NCBI GenBank assembly: GCA_036339995.1 | Contig: JAYYZW010000014.1 | Location: 6,153 to 70,152, forward strand | DNA: 64,000 nt | Source: Pseudomonadota bacterium | Lineage (GTDB): Bacteria; Pseudomonadota; Gammaproteobacteria; Ga0077536 | Reading direction: 5' to 3' | Part shown: piece by piece, positions 17,872 through 25,473 of the stretch | Position numbering within the stretch: the stretch's first letter is position 1 | Layout of the letters: each line of letters starts with the position of its first letter | Notes under the pieces: model-generated | Database searches by the model: none | What the model was told of the DNA's origin: nothing | What the model saw: only the letters and a program-made list of their open reading frames with translations | Translations under genes and position numbers: made by a program

Positions 17872-18281
17872 CTCGCATGTTGCACGAGTTGGCGAGATGG
17901 CCGCTGTCGACTCCTGTCTTCGCGGCATAAGTGCATCCCTGCACAAAATCACGCCGGCCTGGTGCGTTATGCGCGTGCTCGCGACCGCAATCATAGCCGT
18001 TGCTCTGGTGGAAGGAGCATGTGCGCGCATAACGTGCCAAGCCAAGTGAGGGCTCGCCAAGCGGTAACCTGGTAACGAATCGAACTGCTTCATTAAACAT
18101 TAAAATCCCTGTTGGACAACAAGTCGGGCTAGATTGCTAGCGTACTCGTGCAATATGCGGGCTCGGGGACCATTGATCCCCCTCGAATCAGGCGGTCATC
18201 GAGGGCCGCTTTGTCGCTTGGCAATCGCGTCTCGAAACGCTACCCCGCTTATTGCATGAAGGCGGGCGGATTCACGCGGCA

Positions 18282-18998
18282 TCAACCGGTCACTTTGGCG
18301 ATCGCAATTTCATAGACTCGACGTTGATCGCGAAGCGCGCGATGCTCGAACCGCGTGATTACACGGTAGCGGGGACGCGGCGCCCAGTGGCCCGCACCCG
18401 CTAGATTGAGCCACGCGGGTGACCGGTCGATCGTTTCGAGTATCGATTCGGCATAACCGACGTTGTCGCTGGCAAAATGGACCTGCCCCGAGCGATTGAG
18501 CCGATCCGCGAGGAGATCGAGAAAGGCACCCTGGACGAGACGGCGTTTGTGATGACGCTTTTTCGGCCACGGATCAGGAAAAAAGAGGTAAACGCGATCG
18601 AGAGACGCAGGCGTTAATGCATAAAGGAGATCGACCGCGTCACTCTCGACGAGCTTGACGTTGTGCAGGCGCCTCAATCGCAGGCCAAGCAAAGTGTGCC
18701 CCAATCCAGGTCGATGAACTTCGCAACCCAGGTAGTTATTGCCCGGCGCTGCTTGGGCCATTGCGAGCAGATTCTCACCGTTGCCCGTGCCGATCTCGAG
18801 GTGAATGGGCCCTCTTCTGGAATAAATACGGTCAAGACCAGGTGTCAGATCTTGCAGTCCCACGCCGTAACTCGGCCACAGCTCGCGCAGTGCCTGAGCC
18901 TGCCCACGTGTCGTGCGGCCTTCGCGAATGACGAAACTACGAATCGTCCGCGCTCGCCGCGGTATTGCGGCGGGACGCCTGGTTGAGGTCGCGCTCAG
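18282..18998 (-). CDS. trmB: tRNA (guanine-N7)-methyltransferase TrmB; apparent CTG start
   Basis: [13 protein letters not shown]...[16 protein letters not shown]. The conserved N-terminal box [29 protein letters not shown] lies upstream of the first canonical start (GTG 18863). The only plausible start there is CTG at 18996..18998, overlapping the upstream stop as CTGA. This gives 238 aa. Confidence 0.75.
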   Translation of the reverse strand: MSATSTRRPAAIPRRARTIRSFVIREGRTTRGQAQALRELWPSYGVGLQDLTPGLDRIYSRRGPIHLEIGTGNGENLLAMAQAAPGNNYLGCEVHRPGLGHTLLGLRLRRLHNVKLVESDAVDLLYALTPASLDRVYLFFPDPWPKKRHHKRRLVQGAFLDLLADRLNRSGQVHFASDNVGYAESILETIDRSPAWLNLAGAGHWAPRPRYRVITRFEHRALRDQRRVYEIAIAKVTG

Positions 18999-19387
18999 GA
19001 GAAGAAAGTACCGTCGATGGGAGAAGACGCCGAGGCGTACGGTCGTTTCGGCATGCGCCCGGCGGGAAAGGCTTCACGACCGGCTTCGATAGCTTTTCGC
19101 ATTGCGAACGACATCAATACCAGATGCTTTGCTTCGGCAATCGCGGTATTCATCAACACCGCATCACAACTGATTTCCATGGCGACGCTTGCGTCCGACG
19201 CGGTACCGGCATCGGCGATGAGATGGCTGGCATGCACGTTGCGAGGAACGATATCGCCGTTTATTTCAACCGCATACCGCGCCGAAACGCCCATTTTCTC
19301 CATCAGATTGTCGATGGAGTAGCGCCGTGGAAGGCGCATCGATTCACCGTTTAATATGACCGTCTGGCTCTCGGTGGGGGAACCCAT
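18995..19387 (-). pseudogene. thiS: thiS-'thiG in-frame deletion fusion (thiazole synthase remnant)
   Basis: The N-terminal ~55 aa are ThiS-like ([11 protein letters not shown]...[21 protein letters not shown]). This is fused directly to the last ~75 aa of ThiG ([27 protein letters not shown]...[18 protein letters not shown]). About 190 residues of ThiG and the ThiS C-terminal GG are missing. Confidence 0.75.
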
Positions 19388-19462
19388 CTCAAAGTATCGC
19401 GTGATTCATCGTGACGGTGCCGGCAGGCATTGCAAAATCTCGTAGCCCGTCTCGTCAATAGG

Positions 19463-19601
19463 TTTCATGAGTCGCGCAGGATTTTTATCCTGGCAAGGCG
19501 CGAGGACGCCCAGTAGCGGGCTTTACACACCGACGAGCAACGTCGCCAGGGGCAAAAAGGGCCAGCGAATTCTCGAACCTATTTACGGGACAGCACACTA
19601 G
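19463..19601. repeat. Interspersed ~140-bp intergenic repeat, family A, copy 3
   Basis: Aligns with 16681..16822 and, at its right end, with 1..58. Its last bases supply the stop codon (19598..19600) of the MBL-fold gene. Confidence 0.75.
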
Positions 19602-20506
19602 AGATCGACTTTCAAGCCCTCACAACCGATGTGGCATTCCATATCGGAGCCGCGTTCGCGAATGATTTGCAAGCTGTCCTGGTGAATAGCGGCCACTTGA
19701 TCGTCGTCGTAAGTCGGATCGTGGTGATAAAGGTAAAGGCACTGTACACCGGCGTCTATCGCGAGGTTGACGGTATCCACATAGCAAGAATGTCCCCAGC
19801 CGCGCTTTTTATCGTAATCGTGGGGCGTGTACTGTGCGTCGTGGATGAGTATGTCTACCCCTTGAATGGTGGAAACCTCCGAACTTCGTTGTTCCGAGAC
19901 CATGCGTTCGAGCAGTTCATGCTCGTCCTGCTCAAATTCATGAATGCGCTTTGCGATGGAGGTCTTGAGAAAACGAACCTCGTTGTCGGACACGTACACG
20001 ACGCTCTTTCCACCGACCTGGAATCGGTAACCATAGGTCAATCCGGGATGGTGGACGTTGTGGTAGCTTATTTTAATCGGACCATGCGACAAGCCATTCG
20101 CATCGGGTTCGAGATAATCGATTTTAGCCCTCCAGGTCTCGGTCTCGATCGGGAAATAAGGCGTCTTCATCTGAGCCGACAATCGCTGTTCGATGTCTCT
20201 CGATTTCTCACCGGGACCGAAAAATTTAATCTTCCAGTTGGGCGAAAATGCCGGTTGGAAAAAAGGCATGCCGCAAATGTGATCCCAATGGTAATGGGTG
20301 AACAACACCATCATTTCGGACAGCTCTTCGTCGCGCATCAATTGCTCACCGAGGGAAATGATGCCGGTGCCGCCATCGCAGACCAACAGCGTGTCATCGC
20401 TGCGGATTTCCACGCAGGAAGTATTGCCGCCTACGCTCAGATGTGATTTGTGAGGGGCGGCGTACGATCCTCTTACGCCCCAGAAACGCAGATAGCTGTT
20501 GCTCAT
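19598..20506 (-). CDS. MBL-fold metallo-hydrolase
   Basis: 302 aa. HxHxDH motif (THYHWDHICG), plus downstream His/Asp ligands (HHPG, VSDNE, HDAQY, YHHD). 4-nt overlap with the upstream receiver gene. Confidence 0.85.
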   Translation of the reverse strand: MSNSYLRFWGVRGSYAAPHKSHLSVGGNTSCVEIRSDDTLLVCDGGTGIISLGEQLMRDEELSEMMVLFTHYHWDHICGMPFFQPAFSPNWKIKFFGPGEKSRDIEQRLSAQMKTPYFPIETETWRAKIDYLEPDANGLSHGPIKISYHNVHHPGLTYGYRFQVGGKSVVYVSDNEVRFLKTSIAKRIHEFEQDEHELLERMVSEQRSSEVSTIQGVDILIHDAQYTPHDYDKKRGWGHSCYVDTVNLAIDAGVQCLYLYHHDPTYDDDQVAAIHQDSLQIIRERGSDMECHIGCEGLKVDL

Positions 20507-20895
20507 ACGTCGGCGTTGCCGGTTCCCACGTACTTGTCGATGAGCGAACGTATCGCCTTTTTCGAAATGGGCTTCGCCACGAACTCTAGCACTCCCAGCT
20601 CTTTAGCCTCGACGCGATCTTGTGCGTAATCTTTCGAGCTGATCATGACGGTTGGCGTATCAACGTGGAGCTCGTGAGCTCGAAGTTCCTTGAGAAAAGT
20701 GAAGCCATCCTTGTTGGGCATGATGATGTTTAGAAACAACAGGCTGGGTTGCTGGGTATTTAGAAAGTCGAGAGATTCCTCGGCCGATTCATACGCGTGA
20801 AAATCGAGATCCGCTTCCTCGGCGACCTGTTCGAAAAACGCCCGCATGGCAATACTGTCGTCGACGAGAACGATGGTCGGTTTGCTTGTTTGCAT
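20503..20895 (-). CDS. Single-domain CheY-like receiver with Asn at the phospho-acceptor position
   Basis: 130 aa. Has IVLVDDS (acidic pair), LLFLNIIMPNKDG (N56 where D57 is expected), ISSKD, and VAKP (conserved Lys). Confidence 0.85.
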   Translation of the reverse strand: MQTSKPTIVLVDDSIAMRAFFEQVAEEADLDFHAYESAEESLDFLNTQQPSLLFLNIIMPNKDGFTFLKELRAHELHVDTPTVMISSKDYAQDRVEAKELGVLEFVAKPISKKAIRSLIDKYVGTGNADV

Positions 20896-21305
20896 GCGCT
20901 TTTGATACCCGAATCCCCGCGTCCGCCGGCTCTTGGCTTACGCTCGGCCTTACACGTTTCTCCTAACCGCATGAGATCAGAACTATTATAGACAAGAATC
21001 CTGCGATATCCCTGGCTTCGGGACAAGCTAAATTTTCAACAATTTTTGGTTCGAAGCCATAGTACCCCACCGCGAAGCGCAAAAGTATGCCGCTCGGCTC
21101 GGGCGTTTATATCGCGAATTTCGAGCACCGCTTCTTTAGTCCTTTGACTGTGCCTTTCCAGATAATAAAATCGGTTCTGATCTCCAATTACTTTAATTAA
21201 AAGCGCGGATTTTTAGCGATGCCGGCCCCAAGGGAGAGTACAGGGAGCGGCGGACCCAAGCCACCGCAGTGCATGATGGAAATCGCTGGGCACAATTATT
21301 TCAGA

Positions 21306-21379
21306 GCGGGTGTAGTTCAATGGCAGAACATCAGCTTCCCAAGCTGAGAACGTGGGTTCGATCCCCATCACCCGCTCCA
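21306..21379 (+). tRNA. tRNA-Gly (anticodon CCC)
   Basis: Cloverleaf read by eye: acceptor gcgggtg/cacccgc, anticodon stem tcagc/gctga with loop ttcccaa, T-arm gtggg-ttcgatc-cccat, encoded CCA. Confidence 0.9.
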
Positions 21380-21440
21380 CTAAGCCGTACATCTCACCAA
21401 TCCTCCACTGCGGCGGCCCAATCGCACGCCCTCACCTGAT

Positions 21441-22091
21441 ATGTTGAACGATATTCGCGACGCGCAACTGGAAGCCAAGGCCAAGGCCTTGTACAGCGAC
21501 GAACTGCCCTACCACAACTTCTCTCATATTCTGGATACACTCAATTCAGCCGGTATCATCCTAACGCGCTGTGCGCGTGAGAACATCCGGATAGACGCCC
21601 GCGTAGTATACTTTGCGCTGCTGTTCCACGATGCGGGTTACCACGAAGATCACGTCGCGAAAGGTTACAAAAACAAAGAGCTTTACTCGGTCAAGCTCGC
21701 TCAGGAAACCCTGCGCGAGCATGGTCTTTCCGCCAGTCTCCTCGGCAAAGTGTCCAAGGCGATCCTCGCCACCGAGCGCAATGCGAGCTTTGTGAGTGCG
21801 GAACACAAGGCCGTCAGAGCGGCGGACCTGTCAGGCCTGGCTGCCGAATATGAGCGCTTTCTCGAAAGCTCGATCAAGCTCAAGCGGGAACACGAATACC
21901 TGAACCAGCAGCCCATTAGCTGGCCCCGATGGCAATCCGTATCGCGCGAAGTCATCGGCTTTTACCTCTCGCAGGAAATACGGTTGACGAGCTATTTTCA
22001 CGATGAAAACGGCGAATCGGCCTACCATAAGGCAGTACGTCAAAATCTCGCCCGCCTGCTGAGTGAGCCCCGGGAACCCAGGATCAATTGA
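21441..22091 (+). CDS. HD-domain-like metal-dependent phosphohydrolase (putative)
   Basis: 216 aa. YHNFSHILDT...ALLFHDAGY resembles the H...HD motif. Confidence 0.5.
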   Translation: MLNDIRDAQLEAKAKALYSDELPYHNFSHILDTLNSAGIILTRCARENIRIDARVVYFALLFHDAGYHEDHVAKGYKNKELYSVKLAQETLREHGLSASLLGKVSKAILATERNASFVSAEHKAVRAADLSGLAAEYERFLESSIKLKREHEYLNQQPISWPRWQSVSREVIGFYLSQEIRLTSYFHDENGESAYHKAVRQNLARLLSEPREPRIN

Positions 22092-22105
22092 TTCGAACCC
22101 GCGGA

Positions 22106-22702
22106 TCAGGTGGCATCTTCAGCACCGATTCTCAGTAGGATAAAGTCCATGTCGTTTTCAATCAGCTTGATGCGCATGGCGCGGATGTCCTTGATTCCGG
22201 AAAACGGCCCGACATGCACCCGGAACCAAACATCCTGGCCATTGATGACGACGCGATGAATCCGTGCGGTGATACCACGCAGAGCGAGTCTTGCTTTTGC
22301 ATGATCGGCGTCATCGAACTGCTTGAATGACCCGACCTGCAAGACATATATGCCCGGCGCCAGACTCGGTTCATCTTCGTCATCTTTGTCCGATAACTCC
22401 CATTCCGGAACAGGAACCTCCATCTCGGGAAGGATCGTGTAGAAATCGAATTTGGGGCGTGGAAGCACCACTTTGGTGTCTGATGTGACATCGGGTTCGT
22501 CGAATTTCCCCTGATCGATCGAACTGGAATCTCGCTTGCTGATCAATGACGCGGGCGGCGGCAGGCTGCCGGACCAGAGGTAGACCGCAAGTGCGACCAG
22601 CAAACCGAGCGCCAGTCCGCTGACGAAGGACATCCAGCTTCCCCGGCGCTCGCGCGCTTTGGATGGGGATCGGGCGGTGTTTTTGTAATCTTTCGGGGTC
22701 AT
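22106..22702 (-). CDS. SPOR-domain protein (FtsN/DedD-like, single TM anchor)
   Basis: 198 aa. TM segment FVSGLALGLLVALAVYLW. C-terminal SPOR-like YVLQVGSFKQFDDADHAKARLALRGITARIHRVVINGQDVWFRVHVGPF. Confidence 0.8.
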   Translation of the reverse strand: MTPKDYKNTARSPSKARERRGSWMSFVSGLALGLLVALAVYLWSGSLPPPASLISKRDSSSIDQGKFDEPDVTSDTKVVLPRPKFDFYTILPEMEVPVPEWELSDKDDEDEPSLAPGIYVLQVGSFKQFDDADHAKARLALRGITARIHRVVINGQDVWFRVHVGPFSGIKDIRAMRIKLIENDMDFILLRIGAEDAT

Positions 22703-22717
22703 CGCGAGGATCTGCGT

Positions 22718-24475
22718 CTACATCTCCATCGGCGCCTGAATGCCGAGAATCGCAAGCCCGTTGGCGATGATCTGGCGTACCGCGGTGACCAGCGCAATGC
22801 GCGCGTTGCGCACGGCGTCATCGTCCACCAGCATCCTGTGGGCGTTGTAGTAAACATGAAACTCGGTCGCCAGGTCGCGTAAATAGTTGCTCAATTGATG
22901 CGGCTCCCGGCCCAGGCATGCGGTCTCGACCACATCCGGATACTGCGACAGCAAAACCGCTATCGCTCTCTCCGCGGGTTCGACCAGGTATTCATCCAGC
23001 GCCTCAGTGGATCCCGTTACTGCAAGTTTTCTTTCATTCATCTGCCGCAATACGCTGCAGATACGCGCGTGGGCATACTGCACATAGTAGACGGGGTTAT
23101 CGCTGCTCTGCGCCTTCGCGAGATCGAGGTCGAATTCGAGGTGCTGATCTGAGCGGCGCATTACGTAGAAGAATCGCGCGGCGTCTACGCCAACTTCCCG
23201 AACGAGTTGCTTCAGGGTTACGAATTCGCCGGCACGGGTCGACATCGCCACTTTTTCGCCGCCCCGCATGAGGATCGCGAATTGCACCAGCAGAATTTCG
23301 AGGTTTCCAGGATCCAGATCCAATGCCTGCATCGCCGCCTTTACCCGCGGCATATAGCCATGATGATCCGCACCCCAGATATCGATCACGCTTTCGAACC
23401 CACGCGAAAACTTGTCGAGGTGATAGGCGATATCCGAAGCAAAGTAAGTTTTCGCACCGTTCTCCCTCACGACGACGCGGTCCTTCTCGTCACCGAAAGC
23501 GGAGGACTTAAACCACCGCGCGCCACTCTCTTCGAACAGCTGCCCGCTTTGATCCAATGCATCGATGGCGTCGTCTATCAAACCCCGATCGTCGAGCGAA
23601 GCTTCCGAATACCATGAATCGAATCGCACGCCGAATTCCGCAAGATCGGCCTCAATTTCCCCGAGAATTGTGCTCTTGGCCGAACGATGAATTTCATCGT
23701 AGCGCCCCGGACCGAGTGCCTGTTTTGCCTTTGCGATCATGTCGTCGAGCGCGCGCTCCGGATCGCCCGCGGCGTCGATGTCTTGAAACGCCGAGGCCTC
23801 GACCAGCATCGCGTCGCCGCACCTGGCCTTTAGATCGGATGCGATCTCCCCGATGTAACCACCCTGGTAGGCCTGTTGGGGGAATTCGACGTCGAGGCCG
23901 AACGATTCGAGATAGCGCAGCCAGACGCTCAACGCGAGAATATCTATTTGGCGGCCGGCATCGTTGACGTAGTATTCACGATATACCTCATAACCGCAGG
24001 TTTCGAAAAGATTGGCGAGAGAAGATCCAAAGGCCGCTCCTCTCCCATGGCCGATATGCAGCGGGCCGGTCGGATTTGCCGATACGAATTCCAATTGTAC
24101 CTTGCGGCCAGCGCCAAGCTGACAAGACCCGTACGATTCTTGCTCGGAAAAGATCCGACCGACGATGCCGAACACATCCCTGTTACGAATGACGAAATTG
24201 ATGAACCCGGCGCCTGCGACTTCGACCTTTTCGAGTAGATCGAGAGCAGACATTTCCGCGGCGATGAGGGCAGCGATTTCACGTGGCGGCCGCCGGCAGG
24301 GTTTGGCCAGTAACATCGCGACGTTTGTGCTGAAATCCCCGTGCGCGCTTTGTTTCGGCGTCTCAATCGTATAATCCGCGGCCGCCTCGTGCGGAATCTC
24401 GCCACCGGTGCGCAGGTGGTCGAGCACGCTTTCGAGTGAAGCCCGCAGTAATTGCTTCAATGTTCTTGGTCCCAA
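22718..24475 (-). CDS. argS: Arginine--tRNA ligase
   Basis: 585 aa. SANPTGPLHIGHGRGA (HIGH region) and a C-terminal anticodon-binding region ending in M. The real start may be TTG at 24460 (MKQLLRASL...). Confidence 0.95.
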   Translation of the reverse strand: MGPRTLKQLLRASLESVLDHLRTGGEIPHEAAADYTIETPKQSAHGDFSTNVAMLLAKPCRRPPREIAALIAAEMSALDLLEKVEVAGAGFINFVIRNRDVFGIVGRIFSEQESYGSCQLGAGRKVQLEFVSANPTGPLHIGHGRGAAFGSSLANLFETCGYEVYREYYVNDAGRQIDILALSVWLRYLESFGLDVEFPQQAYQGGYIGEIASDLKARCGDAMLVEASAFQDIDAAGDPERALDDMIAKAKQALGPGRYDEIHRSAKSTILGEIEADLAEFGVRFDSWYSEASLDDRGLIDDAIDALDQSGQLFEESGARWFKSSAFGDEKDRVVVRENGAKTYFASDIAYHLDKFSRGFESVIDIWGADHHGYMPRVKAAMQALDLDPGNLEILLVQFAILMRGGEKVAMSTRAGEFVTLKQLVREVGVDAARFFYVMRRSDQHLEFDLDLAKAQSSDNPVYYVQYAHARICSVLRQMNERKLAVTGSTEALDEYLVEPAERAIAVLLSQYPDVVETACLGREPHQLSNYLRDLATEFHVYYNAHRMLVDDDAVRNARIALVTAVRQIIANGLAILGIQAPMEM

Positions 24476-24570
24476 CCCTAATACCTATCCCGATTGCATA
24501 GGTGATATGCATCCATAAACGTTAATATTTCTCTCGCAAGGACGCCAAGCAAGCAATCGGTATGATTCTA

Positions 24571-24594
24571 GAACCCATCTCAAAATTATTCGGG
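24571..24594. repeat. 24-nt conserved motif, copy 1 (upstream of argS)
   Basis: gaacccatctcaaaattattcggg is identical to 28472..28495. A 14-nt core (revcomp tttgagatgggttc) also occurs at the thiS start codon (19377..19393). Confidence 0.7.
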
Positions 24595-24722
24595 CCAACC
24601 TTGCCCCCTGAAAATCGGGGTTGCAAGGCGCAGCGCGCAGGGCATGATGATTCCATGTTCAAGCGCTACAACGCAGCAAACGCGGTTTTCAGAGGGCAAC
24701 CCGAAGGGCTGGCGGCCTGAAT

Positions 24723-25358
24723 TCATTTCACGACCGTCAACGCGAGGATCTCCCAATCCTGCAAGCCGCCGCGATACCACTTTATCTTTGCCGCCGGGTA
24801 ACCGAACTTGAGGAGGGTTTTTATATTGGTGGGCGATTGACCGCACCACATTCCGTTGCAGAACAGCACCAGGGTCTTGGCGTGCGTGAAATCCCACAAA
24901 CCTTCCAAGCTCACAGCGCCAAATCGTTCCTCGAGGATTTCGGCGATTAGCAGCGGATCGGTGCCTGCTGCCGGGTTGAGTTCCGTCCAAGGGATATTGA
25001 TGGACCCGGGAATAGTCCCCTTGCTGACCCAGCCGGGCGTACGTGAATCGATAATGAGTATTGAATCATCCGTAACGGCTCTCGAAATATAGTCGATGAG
25101 TTCGATCTCCCCGAGCGTTTGCACACCCCCCGAAATAACGATGGGCTGAATGCAAAAGGGCGGACATTTTCGCGACGTTTTGGCATACCGCGGGTCGACC
25201 GTATTATCCAAGTCCTGGCTGCGCATGATGGTGACCGGCCTGCCATCGTGCTTGATCTCGACTTTGGACAGTCCCCGATCAATGGCCACGGCAAGCTCCT
25301 CAGCAACCGTTATCTGCAGAACGAACAAACATCCCGCGATTATCAGCAAGTTTTTCAT
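24723..25358 (-). CDS. Rhodanese-domain protein with signal peptide
   Basis: 211 aa. MKNLLIIAGCLFVLQITVA signal. LVLFCNGMWCGQS active-site-loop-like segment. IPGSINIPW. Confidence 0.7.
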   Translation of the reverse strand: MKNLLIIAGCLFVLQITVAEELAVAIDRGLSKVEIKHDGRPVTIMRSQDLDNTVDPRYAKTSRKCPPFCIQPIVISGGVQTLGEIELIDYISRAVTDDSILIIDSRTPGWVSKGTIPGSINIPWTELNPAAGTDPLLIAEILEERFGAVSLEGLWDFTHAKTLVLFCNGMWCGQSPTNIKTLLKFGYPAAKIKWYRGGLQDWEILALTVVK

Positions 25359-25473
25359 AACGCCACTTTAGTGCTTGTTGAAATTAGGCCGCGTCATCAC
25401 CGATCCCGCTGCCACCCACCATCCGGCGCACCGATCTCGAAGCCGCTTCGACCATTGTAGAACCAGATGACCT

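Noticed and set aside
17897-18049. 50-codon ORF (MAAVDSCLRGISASLHKITPAWCVMRVLATAIIAVALVEGACARITCQAK) in the 410-bp convergent spacer between yrfG and trmB.
   Set aside because: There is no convincing ribosome-binding site or conservation evidence, and it could arise by chance. It is noted only because of one hydrophobic helix and five Cys.
21306-22091. Possible genomic island or integration module next to tRNA-Gly or tRNA-Glu.
   Set aside because: No integrase, no direct repeat of the tRNA 3' end and no phage or transposase genes were seen on either side. The flanking genes are conserved housekeeping or ordinary accessory genes.
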